Shown: positions 10,701-18,875 of the stretch, piece after piece
How positions within the stretch are numbered: the first letter of the stretch is position 1
Layout of the letters: each line of letters starts with the position of its first letter
Program-made: the position numbers and the translations under genes
Notes under the pieces: generated by a model
The model's input: only the letters and a program-made list of their open reading frames with translations
The model's database searches: none
What the model was told of the DNA's origin: nothing
Assembly (NCBI GenBank): GCA_965217895.1
Contig: CBDCJV010000002.1
Location: forward strand, 4,256,001 to 4,320,000
Reading direction: 5' to 3'
Length of the DNA: 64,000 nt
From: Waterburya sp.
Lineage (GTDB): Bacteria; Cyanobacteriota; Cyanobacteriia; Cyanobacteriales; Xenococcaceae

Positions 10701-13082
10701 TATTTCCTTCCTGCACGACAAATTTCTTTTCAAAATGATACTATCAAAACTGTATTTGAAGAAGTCCATCGTCTGGGAGAATGGGTTGTTAATTATGATG
10801 ATTTATTAGAAAGACGACAACTTGTCAATCAAGGAGTACAAGTTATTCGTTATCAACAACATCGTACTGATGAGCGCAATCTATTAGTTTCTTCTCAAGT
10901 TCCTTTGAATTTATTACAAGTCCTAATTAAACGGCGATTAGAATCATTAAATTTAAATCTTGACGAGCAAGAATTAAAAGATTTATCTCAACGTTTTCTT
11001 GATGAAGCCAATGAATTATCGGGAGATATTGTTCTTAGAGCAGCTAAATGCGGTCATTTTGTAAGCGAACTAATTGGTGTAGTTTTGAGTAAATCTTTAA
11101 TTAGATCAGAACTAAATCATAGTGATGCTTTAGGATGGTATTTTTTAGATGATTATGCTACATGGTTAGGGCAAAAAGAAGGACAAATTGCTGATATTTT
11201 AGCAATCAGCCCTCAAATAATAGATGAGAAGCCTGTTTTAAAAATTATTATTTCAGAAGCTAAATATGTTATTGCTTCTGGTATAGCTGATGCTAGAAAA
11301 AAATCACAAAAACAGCTACGAGATACTGTACAGCGTATTGCTAATGCTCTTTTTATTACTCCAGGCCGTTTAGATCGTGACTTATGGTTATCTCGTTTAG
11401 GTGATTTAATGCTAGAAGGCATTGAATTTAGTTCTCAATCTTCTATTTCTCTCGAACAATGGCGTGAAGAAATCCGTTATGGTCAAATTGAGATTGATTT
11501 ATCGGGTTACTCTCATGTTTTTGTTTCTGGACCTAATGATACCTCTGTTACCAGCGAACAAATTGTTATTCCTAAAGTAGAACGATGTTTTCAAGAAATT
11601 TTTAGTCGTGGAGATGTAAGACAATTAATTCTGGCTTATTACTCTGGAAAATCATTATTAACTGTTCGGGAAAAATTAGGAGATGAAAAACCTTGGGCTA
11701 TTTCAAAGCCTCAATTTCCAGCCGAGCGAGTTATTTGGACTGACACTATTACAGAGGAAATAAAAGCAACTGACACTGAACAAGAATTAACTTCAAAACA
11801 ACCAAAACAAACCAATAATTCTTCTAGTCCTGATGAATCTAATCGAGCTTTGCCAACTACAACAATATCAGAGCAACAATCTGTTATTCAACCAACAAGC
11901 AATGAATGGACAAGTCTAACTTTAAGTACTTGGCTCAATCATAATTCTACCTCCTCTACCGATAAAACAGAAGAAGAGCAATGGCTCAATGATGTTGTTA
12001 ATTCTCTTCGTCAAGCCTTATTAAGCTACGATCTTCAAGCCAAAGTTTTAGAAAAAAGATTAACTCCTAATGCAGCTTTAATTCAATTTCAAGGCTCAGA
12101 TCGTCTCAATATTTCTGATATCGAACGTCGTCGTTCTTCATTATTAACAACTCATGGTTTAAATGTAATTAATATCTCTGGACAACCAGGTAAAATTGTT
12201 ATTTCTGTTGCTCGTCCTCAACGTCAAGTTATTTCTCTGCAAGAAGTATGGCAGAAACGTAAACTCAATCGTTCAAATACAGATATTAATCTTAGTTTTG
12301 TGATTGGAATTAGAGAACTTGATGGAGAAATACTATACCTAAACCTAGGAAGTGAATTTGAAAAGTTGCAAAGTCATGCACCTCATACTTTAATTGCTGG
12401 AACAACTGGAAGTGGTAAATCTGTTCTGTTAACAAATCTGTTAATTGATGCTTGCGCCACTAACAGTCCAGACAAGCTGAAAATATATCTTATTGATGCT
12501 AAACAAGGGATAGATTATTCTGCCTTAAAAAAACTTCCCCATCTTCAAAAAGGAATTATTGTCGAGCGAGAGCATGCAATAAATATTCTGGAAGAAGTTG
12601 TGGAGGAAATGGAGCAAAGATATTTTAAATTTAGCCAAGCAAATGCTAAGAATCTATTTGTCTATAATCAAAAAGTTTCCCCAGAAAAACAACTACCTGT
12701 TTTATTAGTTGTTCATGATGAATTTGCTGACTGGATGTTAATTGATGAATATAAAGATGCTGTTTCTTCTGCTGTGCAAAGATTGGGAGTTAAAGCAAGA
12801 GCAGCTGGAATTCATTTGATTTTTGCAGCTCAACGTCCTGATAATCAAGTGTTTCCCATGCAACTAAGAGATAATCTAGGTAATCGTTTAATTTTGAAAG
12901 TTGAAAGTGTAGGAACGTCAGAATTTTCTTTGGGACAAAAAGGAGCAGAAAATCTTTTAGGAAAAGGCCACTTGGTTGCAAAATTATATGGAGAATCAGA
13001 CCTGATTTATGCTCAAGTTCCTTTTCTTTCTGATGATGATTTTGATTTAGTAACTAGAGCAATTCAGCAAGATTATGATTAG
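7770..13082 (+). CDS. sspH: Large protein with C-terminal FtsK/SpoIIIE ATPase, SspH/DptH-like
   Basis: PHTLIAGTTGSGKS Walker A, VVHDEFAD Walker B, ARAAGIHLIFAAQRP, GAENLLGKG; possible nuclease-like ADILAI...ISEAK. Start placed at ATG 7770 (TAATG overlap with sspG). Confidence 0.75.
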   Translation: MKSLKLIGKVTTQYLKSFSSTEEEETDDGVARFLLDCLTPEQVAEICRQILKDPHLSSQIKIQVPRTLIHNFDDLTTEIMTDERTVHLRHASCDKPILLLANTNDDQGQSLQDITCIGASELKAENDIWVEVASRDIPLSEEQIKYWQKALKGLQAAINLSLDNLAQYIVDTHSRIENESEPIINALGWALPSLKIPRDSSYFEAIPENKRGHYQRWQSLFQQAISKRGCYLIKQMPNLKPIEEKELENAFTKAKEQIPKIAHSTIDEFIHSPSGWHQQASNLAQFEWERDNIDSIFIGLKPPKTDLASLTIQLFEDEYPDTLTEAEEQYLKALKKRSATKNPNEDDEKFYENYRQSLEQNPKLKAKWDKFVYGQPVECYDFLIGLIQAFERLYAQSESKEGQQTLIIKTQKGVRKSKWLEELNVEVGLYFCTRYRGIEKLTSPEIEWETHWLFKYDELLEENQKRQQKYKESKSVSKAATEIKFYVELHSSSSDNPKIQLIWKCNPNAIGLELRQDLERLTDSAKSAFIQSQIARELVSKKGRLQGISLNDVGTLMAAFGQDRGSLIPKYEPKLDLAKTFPKKIKNAVEEKRLSSEAAEQINNLWHKFTAIYQKALKSWLSEEGIYSKKFLEQGQAYQELLETLLNNACGDRNRIELYQPLLNLGCIQVERGNSAAIIAPWHPLRLVSIAVKARQISGLLKYILRTEQVEFGDSRLFFSDLTTELAHPYYPEVAVGYQGSQPILLSLSDSVNDYSLLEQPTWAVKNQITNEDPTEAASKLIKLVQRYLELLPHEKTNLSLVLYQCDSIKLPQAVVNQLAKLQENQEESRCHIILRHRESEKLSRLYEQMIESSDADPDTFIASEASQDFMAKLRISVISDSSSINNSSEGKSADLVFLQDVISRNAQVVWQASPIEKTTPHLLDHVPPRWARKRPVAKDELKSTVYLVCPSQPQESKNYLDAIYSVIEGQELSPEKYFLPARQISFQNDTIKTVFEEVHRLGEWVVNYDDLLERRQLVNQGVQVIRYQQHRTDERNLLVSSQVPLNLLQVLIKRRLESLNLNLDEQELKDLSQRFLDEANELSGDIVLRAAKCGHFVSELIGVVLSKSLIRSELNHSDALGWYFLDDYATWLGQKEGQIADILAISPQIIDEKPVLKIIISEAKYVIASGIADARKKSQKQLRDTVQRIANALFITPGRLDRDLWLSRLGDLMLEGIEFSSQSSISLEQWREEIRYGQIEIDLSGYSHVFVSGPNDTSVTSEQIVIPKVERCFQEIFSRGDVRQLILAYYSGKSLLTVREKLGDEKPWAISKPQFPAERVIWTDTITEEIKATDTEQELTSKQPKQTNNSSSPDESNRALPTTTISEQQSVIQPTSNEWTSLTLSTWLNHNSTSSTDKTEEEQWLNDVVNSLRQALLSYDLQAKVLEKRLTPNAALIQFQGSDRLNISDIERRRSSLLTTHGLNVINISGQPGKIVISVARPQRQVISLQEVWQKRKLNRSNTDINLSFVIGIRELDGEILYLNLGSEFEKLQSHAPHTLIAGTTGSGKSVLLTNLLIDACATNSPDKLKIYLIDAKQGIDYSALKKLPHLQKGIIVEREHAINILEEVVEEMEQRYFKFSQANAKNLFVYNQKVSPEKQLPVLLVVHDEFADWMLIDEYKDAVSSAVQRLGVKARAAGIHLIFAAQRPDNQVFPMQLRDNLGNRLILKVESVGTSEFSLGQKGAENLLGKGHLVAKLYGESDLIYAQVPFLSDDDFDLVTRAIQQDYD

Positions 13083-14271
13083 AAATATGTTTGAAAAATC
13101 TAGTTTCTTATCTAAATCAATTTACCTTGATTATCATTCTACTACTCCTGTAGACCCTAGAGTAGCAGACCGAATGCTATATTATATGACTACTGCATTT
13201 GGTAATGCTAGCAGTACAGACCATATCTACGGCGATGAAGCAGCAAAAGCTGTATCTGAGGCACGTCGTCAAGTTGCTGAATTAGTCGGTGCATCAGAAA
13301 GAGAAGTGATTTTCACCTCTGGGGCAACAGAAAGTATTAACTTAGCTATTCAAGGAACGGTATTCAAGCACATTGATAACAAGAGTAAACCTCGCATTGC
13401 TTTCTCCCTACTCGAACACAAAGCAGTACTAGATACCTGTCAGGCGATCGCCAAAAAAGGATTAGCAGATATTGTTAGTCTTCGAGTTGATTCCCAAGGC
13501 AGACTAGACCTAAAGTATCTAGAACAAGTCTGTAAGCAGGGATTATCTCTGCTGTGTGTTATGGCTGCCAATAATGAAATCGGTAATATTTATCCAGTTC
13601 AAGAAATTGGTAACATAGCTCAAAAATATGAGATTTCTTTTCTTTGTGATGCTTCTCAGGCAGTAGGAAAAATACCAATTGATTTTGAACAATGGGGAAT
13701 TACTTATCTAGCCATCTCTGGTCACAAATTTTATGCACCCAAAGGAGTAGGCGCATTAGTGGTTAGAAAAGGACATCAACTAGAACCAATTATTTTTGGT
13801 GGCGGTCATCAAAAAGGAATGCGTTCTGGAACGCTTAATGTCCCTGGCATTGTTGGTTTAGGGGAAGCCTGTAAGTTAAGGCAATTAGAGATGATAGAAG
13901 ATGAAAAAGCGATCGCCCTACTGCGAGACAAATTGCAGAATTTGCTTCAAGAAAAAATTCCCAACTTAATAGTAAACGGCGATCTAGACTCTCGACTAGC
14001 AGGCAACCTGCATATTTCTATCCCAGGCATACCGAATAGTCCCATTATTGCTAGAATCCGCCATTGCCTCGCTATTTCGACTGGTTCCGCCTGTTCTTCT
14101 GGGGTTGCAGCACCCTCTCATGTTTTGCGTGCTATGAACTTATCTGAAGAATTAATCGAAGGTTCACTAAGAATAGGATTAGGCAAGTTCACCACTAACC
14201 GAGAGATAGAAAAATCAGTCAAAATTCTTTCTGATGCAGTCGAACAAGTTTTTCAAGCAATGCACATTTAA
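13075..14271 (+). CDS. Cysteine desulfurase (DndA/SspA/IscS-like sulfur donor)
   Basis: YLDYHSTTP, FTSGATES, SGHKFYAPKG (PLP lysine), STGSACSS (catalytic Cys); overlaps the sspH stop. Confidence 0.92.
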   Translation: MIRNMFEKSSFLSKSIYLDYHSTTPVDPRVADRMLYYMTTAFGNASSTDHIYGDEAAKAVSEARRQVAELVGASEREVIFTSGATESINLAIQGTVFKHIDNKSKPRIAFSLLEHKAVLDTCQAIAKKGLADIVSLRVDSQGRLDLKYLEQVCKQGLSLLCVMAANNEIGNIYPVQEIGNIAQKYEISFLCDASQAVGKIPIDFEQWGITYLAISGHKFYAPKGVGALVVRKGHQLEPIIFGGGHQKGMRSGTLNVPGIVGLGEACKLRQLEMIEDEKAIALLRDKLQNLLQEKIPNLIVNGDLDSRLAGNLHISIPGIPNSPIIARIRHCLAISTGSACSSGVAAPSHVLRAMNLSEELIEGSLRIGLGKFTTNREIEKSVKILSDAVEQVFQAMHI

Positions 14272-14405
14272 GTGTAAAAGAAAATAATAATGATTCTAGA
14301 GTAAGTTTACATTAACCACACACTGAAATGGTAGAAAATCGGTAGACAAAGTTATTCTCAACAAGCAAAAAGCAATATATAAAAAGCATTGAACAATCAT
14401 ATATA

Positions 14406-14451
14406 CACTTTGGGGTAGTGGGGGTCATGGGTTCAAATCCCGTCGCTCCGA
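14406..14451 (+). tRNA. 3' fragment of tRNA-Pro(GGG) serving as att site; not a complete tRNA
   Basis: CACT-TTGGGGT-AGTGG (anticodon GGG), GGGTC, T-arm ATGGG-TTCAAAT-CCCGT, acceptor 3' strand CGCTCCG-A. No D-arm or 5' acceptor strand upstream. Confidence 0.88.
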
Positions 14452-14495
14452 TACAATTCAAACCTTCTCTGAGAGAGGGCTTAACCGTTGTTAAT

Positions 14496-14592
14496 TGTGC
14501 ATTAACAAATTATTTGTCATCAGTAACAGATTACTGTCGTTTTAACATATTGAGTGTCATCGATAACAATTTGTTTGGTGACAAACAAATTT
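14496..14592 (+). mobile_element. Left end of a type V-K CAST (Tn7-like) transposon
   Basis: TGTGCATTAACAAATTATTTGTCATCAGTAACAGATTACTGTCGTTTTAACATATTGAGTGTCA: TGT terminus plus three TAACA-N-TGTC(A/G) TnsB-type repeats (14502-14519, 14523-14539, 14542-14559); 62 bp downstream of GTT at 14431-14433. Confidence 0.82.
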
Positions 14593-14628
14593 AAACCCTC
14601 ACAACTTAAATATTGAATATTATAGTTG

Positions 14629-14680
14629 CGGAGCGACGAGATTTGCTTTCATTCATTTTGAGGTGCGGATTGAATAAAAA
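14629..14680 (-). CRISPR. Delocalised tRNA-homing crRNA unit: degenerate repeat ending TGAAAG plus a 17-nt spacer
   Basis: Minus strand reads ...CTCAAAATGAATGAAAG-CAAATCTCGTCGCTCCG. The spacer (14629-14645) matches 14434-14450 CAAATCCCGTCGCTCCG at 16/17, directly after a GTT PAM. Single unit, no array. Confidence 0.82.
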
Positions 14681-14785
14681 TGATTAAGCGTTTTTTTTAT
14701 TATACAAAGCGATCGCCATATCTTGAGCTTTTAGGGATAAAATCTTGCTTATTCGGTTTTATATTTAATTCTGCCTACCTACTTA

Positions 14786-14830
14786 TTTAGCAATCCTAAA
14801 TCGGAAAACCAATAATTTAGAATTGCTGTA
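14786..14830. repeat. Short inverted-repeat (MITE-like) remnant
   Basis: TAGCAATCCTAAAT...ATTTAGAATTGCTG imperfect inverted repeat, preceded by CCTACCTACTTA, which resembles the end of the 35010-35113 element. Confidence 0.5.
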
Positions 14831-14870
14831 CCTATTTTTTCCTTCACTCTAAACTTGTCTTTTTGTCACT

Positions 14871-17084
14871 TTACAATAATTTATCTAGCGTGATTGGTAA
14901 ATCTCGTACTCGCTTACCAGTGGCATGATGAACTGCATTGGCAATGGCTGCTGCTACTCCAACTATCGCTATTTCGCCGATTCCCCTAGCACCGAGAGGA
15001 TTGGCATGATAATCTGGTTCACCGCAGAAGATCGCTTCAATTTCGGGAATGTCGGCATTGACTGGTACAAGATATTCTCCTAAGTTAGCGTTGACATAGT
15101 TACCATAACGCGAATCAAGATAAGTATGCTCCTGTAGTGCCATGCCGATACCGCCAACAACTCCACCAATGGTTTGAGACTTGGCTGTTTTAGGGTTAAT
15201 AATGCGTCCCACATCTACAGCAGAAACTACCCGCGCTACGTTAATATCTCCTAGTAGTTCATCAACCCGCACCTCCACAAAAGTAGCCCCAAAAGAGTGC
15301 ATTGAAAATTTTTCTTTTTCCGAACCTGGTTCTGATGTCGCCTCGGCTTCAATAGATTCCTGGTTAGCTTGGGCAAGAATTTCAGCATAGCTTAAGCTTT
15401 GGGATAAGTTTTGCCGATCGAATATTTTTCCATCTTCAGCTTTTAAGTCGTCTTGTTTAGTTCTAGCCAGAGGAGAATCTATCTGTTTAGCTAATGCTAA
15501 AGCCTGCGATCGCGCTTTTTTACAAGCAGCTTGAACCGCCGAACCGACTGAAGCTACTGTCATCGAACCACCGTGAGCAGGGGCAAAAGGAAAATTAGAA
15601 TCGCCTAGCTCGAAAGAAATGCGATCACTTGGTATACCTAAAGCATCTGAGGCAATTATGGTCATTGTGGTATACGTTCCAGGACCCATATCAGAAGCAG
15701 CACTTTGTACCACCGCCGTACCATTCCTTAAAATACGGGCTTTAGCAGTAGCTGGTCTGCGTACCATTGGGTAGGTGGAAGTTGCCATACCGTAACCGAT
15801 TAGAATGCCGTTTTCTTGTTGCGATCGCGGTTGAGGATTGCGTTGATTCCAGCCAAATGCTGATGCACCCTGCTCATAGCATTCTCTTAAGGCTTTTGAC
15901 GACCAGGGTAAATTAGATTCTGGGTCTTGTTCGGCATAATTAATCTGTCTCAACTCAAGGGGATCGATTCCCAATTCGTAAGCCAATTCATCTAGTGCCG
16001 ACTCCAAAGCATAAACTCCCTGTGCCTCTCCTGGCGCACGCATAAAGGTAGGTGCAGAAATATCTAGCTTTGCCAGTCTGTATTTAGTCTGCGCGTTAGG
16101 ACAGGCATACAAAAAACGAGAAGCATTAAGTACGTTTTCGGTGTAGGTTTCAAACTGTGCCACCTCACCTGTCGCTTCATGAATAATCGAAGTTAAAGTA
16201 CCATCTTTATTAGCTCCCAAAGCAACGCGCTGAGTTGTATAAGGACGATGCCCCGTCATGCTAAACATCTGCTTGCGAGATAAAACCAGTTTGACAGGAC
16301 GATTAACAACTTTGGCAGCAATTGGCGCGATCGTAGTTTGCTGCCAGATACGTCCCGCACAGCCAAAAGCCCCGCCGACAAAAGGCGAAACGACTTCAAC
16401 ATTGTCTTGGGGAATGCCAAATACTGAACCTAAATGCTGTTGAACGCTTTTAACCCACTGAGTTTTGTCATAAATTTTCAACTTGTCCCCCGACCAGACA
16501 GCAATAGTTGCATGAGGTTCGATGGGATTATGATGCTCTGTGGGGACTGTATAATTAGCATCAATACTAACTTCAGCATTAGATAAGGCAGATTCTGGAT
16601 TACCGCGAGACTTGTCTGCTTCACTTTCGGGTATGGTCACTTGACCGTTTGCTTTGGCTTTATGTACACTGACGCTGTGTTGCTGTTTTTGATACTCAAC
16701 TCGAATTAAAGAAGCAGCTTGTTCGGCTTGTTCTAGAGTTTCGGCAACCGTAACAGCTACTGGTTGCCCATAAAAATAAATGCTATCCGTATAGAGAGTG
16801 TGGGGATACTCTCCCGATGGTGCGGTGGTAATTTTCTGTTCTGGCGGAATTGGCCTAAATGGCAGCTTAGGGGCATTTTGATAAGTAATAATCGCAATTA
16901 CTCCTGGTACTGCCTGAGCCTTTCGGGTATCGATGTTAGCAATACGTCCTTTGGCAACTGTACTAGTAGTTATAACTCCATGAGTTACATTTTCAACAGG
17001 AAATTCAGCAGCGTATTTCGCACCGCCCGTAACTTTAAGCTTTCCCGTGACTCGTTTTTTAGCCTGACCGATAATTTGATTCAT
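14871..17084 (-). CDS. paoC: Xanthine dehydrogenase-family molybdopterin-binding subunit (PaoC/YagR-like)
   Basis: KVTGGAKYAAE, HNPIEPHA, VGGAFG, MRAPGE, GARGIGEI, C-terminal RVRDLPITLDKLL. Confidence 0.88.
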   Translation of the reverse strand: MNQIIGQAKKRVTGKLKVTGGAKYAAEFPVENVTHGVITTSTVAKGRIANIDTRKAQAVPGVIAIITYQNAPKLPFRPIPPEQKITTAPSGEYPHTLYTDSIYFYGQPVAVTVAETLEQAEQAASLIRVEYQKQQHSVSVHKAKANGQVTIPESEADKSRGNPESALSNAEVSIDANYTVPTEHHNPIEPHATIAVWSGDKLKIYDKTQWVKSVQQHLGSVFGIPQDNVEVVSPFVGGAFGCAGRIWQQTTIAPIAAKVVNRPVKLVLSRKQMFSMTGHRPYTTQRVALGANKDGTLTSIIHEATGEVAQFETYTENVLNASRFLYACPNAQTKYRLAKLDISAPTFMRAPGEAQGVYALESALDELAYELGIDPLELRQINYAEQDPESNLPWSSKALRECYEQGASAFGWNQRNPQPRSQQENGILIGYGMATSTYPMVRRPATAKARILRNGTAVVQSAASDMGPGTYTTMTIIASDALGIPSDRISFELGDSNFPFAPAHGGSMTVASVGSAVQAACKKARSQALALAKQIDSPLARTKQDDLKAEDGKIFDRQNLSQSLSYAEILAQANQESIEAEATSEPGSEKEKFSMHSFGATFVEVRVDELLGDINVARVVSAVDVGRIINPKTAKSQTIGGVVGGIGMALQEHTYLDSRYGNYVNANLGEYLVPVNADIPEIEAIFCGEPDYHANPLGARGIGEIAIVGVAAAIANAVHHATGKRVRDLPITLDKLL

Positions 17085-17094
17085 GATTTATAAT

Positions 17095-18084
17095 TTATGC
17101 TACTCTTGCTGCAACCGTAGATAATGCTCTAACGATCGCTCGTTTTCCTAGTTCGACCTTAAAGGCGTTGTGTTCGTAAGTTTTGGCTTTTGCTAAAGCT
17201 GCTGCTGCGGCTTTGGTAAAAGTTGCTTCGTTGGGCTGCTTGCCTACCAGTATTTGTTCGGCTTCGCTGGCGCGCCAGGGTTTGTGTGCCACACCTCCCA
17301 TAGCCACCCTCGCATCTTGAATAATATTGTCTTGAATATTCAAAGCAGCAGCTACAGAAACTAAAGCAAAAGCATAGGAATTGCGATCGCGCACCTTTAA
17401 ATAATAAGATTTATTAGTCCAATCAGCAGCAGGTAAATCTACTGCCGTAATTAGTTCCCCTGGCTGTAGTTCAGTTTCAATTTCTGGAGTATCTCCTGGT
17501 AAACGATGAAATTCAGTAAGGGGAATTTCTCTTTTTCCATTACTTCCTTGTACTTGCACTACAGCATCCAAAGCTGCTAATGCCACGCACATATCAGAAG
17601 GATTAGTAGCAATACACTGTTGACTCGTTCCCAAGATGGCATGAATGCGATTAAAACCTTCAATAGCTGCACAACCCGAACCAGGTTCGCGTTTGTTACA
17701 GGGCATGGAAGTATCGGTAAAGTAATAACAGCGAGTCCGCTGCATCAAGTTTCCACCGACGGTTGCCATATTCCTAAGCTGCGGTGACGCACCAGCTAAA
17801 AAAGCTTGAGATAAAACGGGATAGCGTTGGCGAATTAAAGGATGATTAGCAGTATCGCTATTACGTGCCATCGAACCAATTCTAACTCCCCCGTCTGATA
17901 ATTCCTCTATTTTGGCTAAAGACAAGCGAGTGACATCAACTAAATGGTCTGGCTGTTCAACACCATCTTTCATCAAATCTATTAAATTTGTGCCACCACC
18001 AAGAAACTTTGCCTGTTCAATGCTATTAATTACCGATACCGCTTCCTCTGTGCTGCTAGCGCGAGTATAATCAAAAGTTTTCAT
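17095..18084 (-). CDS. paoB: FAD-binding subunit (PaoB/YagS-like)
   Basis: GGGTNLIDLMK, GASPQLRNMATVGGNL, RCYYF...CNKR.PGSGC 4Fe-4S insert, KVRDRNSYAFAL. Confidence 0.9.
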   Translation of the reverse strand: MKTFDYTRASSTEEAVSVINSIEQAKFLGGGTNLIDLMKDGVEQPDHLVDVTRLSLAKIEELSDGGVRIGSMARNSDTANHPLIRQRYPVLSQAFLAGASPQLRNMATVGGNLMQRTRCYYFTDTSMPCNKREPGSGCAAIEGFNRIHAILGTSQQCIATNPSDMCVALAALDAVVQVQGSNGKREIPLTEFHRLPGDTPEIETELQPGELITAVDLPAADWTNKSYYLKVRDRNSYAFALVSVAAALNIQDNIIQDARVAMGGVAHKPWRASEAEQILVGKQPNEATFTKAAAAALAKAKTYEHNAFKVELGKRAIVRALSTVAARVA

Positions 18085-18139
18085 ATTATTAGCTCTCTCA
18101 AAGTCCTATTCGGTAATTAGCTCTATTTACTTTCTACTT

Positions 18140-18208
18140 TCTTGGTGCGCGTACATGCGGCTAAAGCCTTTGTCTTGCGCCTGACGGCGACGCGGGGTCG
18201 CACCGCTT
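18140..18208 (+). repeat. 69-bp GC-rich small dispersed repeat, copy 1
   Basis: Identical to 37275-37343; GGTGCG/CGCACC inverted ends. Confidence 0.9.
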
Positions 18209-18222
18209 TTTACTTTAAAAAC

Positions 18223-18870
18223 TTACGCCTGTTCATAAACTTCTCTAACCGAGGCAACGATACCAGGATAAGCACCACAACGGCAGAGATTACCACTCAT
18301 CCGTTCTTTTATTTCAGCATCGGTTAATTCAATAGGTGCTTCGATGTTGCTAATATCGGCGGTGACTATACTTGCTTCTCCTGCTGCGACTTCATCTAAC
18401 ATTGCCACAGCAGAACAAATTTGACCAGAGGTACAATAACCACATTGAAAACCATCGTTATTGATAAATGCTGTTTGTATTGAGCTTAACTCCTCACCAT
18501 TAGCTATGCCTTCGATGGTAGTAATTTCTACATCCTGATACTGAACCGCCAAAGCCAAACAAGAATTAATGCGTACCCCATCAGCTAATACCGTACAAGC
18601 ACCACATTGACCGTGATTGCAGCCTTTTTTTGTTCCTGTTAGTCCAGCTCTTTCCCGCAGTACATCGAGTAAAGTTACGCGAGGTTCGATATTGACGGTT
18701 TGTTGAACACCATTGATCTTAAAAGAAACTTCCGCCCCTTTGGTAGTTAGGGTAGGCGATGGTGATGTAGGTTGCGACCTAGCAGTTTTGAACCAGTCTC
18801 CAATCACAGTAAATATTGTACTGAGAAACATGAATTGACCGAAACGCCGTCTTTTGAATCTAATTTTCAT
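18223..18870 (-). CDS. paoA: 2Fe-2S subunit (PaoA/YagT-like) with twin-arginine leader
   Basis: GTKKGCNHGQCGACT, QCGYCTSG, GNLCRCGAY; N-terminal KRRRFGQF. Confidence 0.88.
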   Translation of the reverse strand: MKIRFKRRRFGQFMFLSTIFTVIGDWFKTARSQPTSPSPTLTTKGAEVSFKINGVQQTVNIEPRVTLLDVLRERAGLTGTKKGCNHGQCGACTVLADGVRINSCLALAVQYQDVEITTIEGIANGEELSSIQTAFINNDGFQCGYCTSGQICSAVAMLDEVAAGEASIVTADISNIEAPIELTDAEIKERMSGNLCRCGAYPGIVASVREVYEQA

Positions 18871-18875
18871 TATGT

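Larger units (their letters stand above)
1..14451. mobile_element. Right part of a tRNA-Pro-integrated defence island; left boundary outside the window
   Basis: AT-rich defence operon ending at a tRNA 3'-half duplication. No integrase is visible in this window. Confidence 0.7.

Noticed and set aside
14406..14451. Complete functional tRNA-Pro gene
   Set aside because: No 5' acceptor strand or D-arm; only the 3' half is present.
14629..14790. Full CRISPR array
   Set aside because: Only one degenerate repeat-spacer unit; no second repeat found.
14858..14880. TTTTTGTCACTTTACA-ATAAT as a possible CAST right end making a roughly 380-bp mini-element
   Set aside because: The terminal ACA lies in the last codons of paoC (typical LDKLL* ending), the flank ATAAT differs from the predicted TTAAT TSD, and no additional TnsB-type repeats are visible.
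18142..18327. 61-aa plus-strand ORF
   Set aside because: Made of the dispersed repeat plus antisense paoA.
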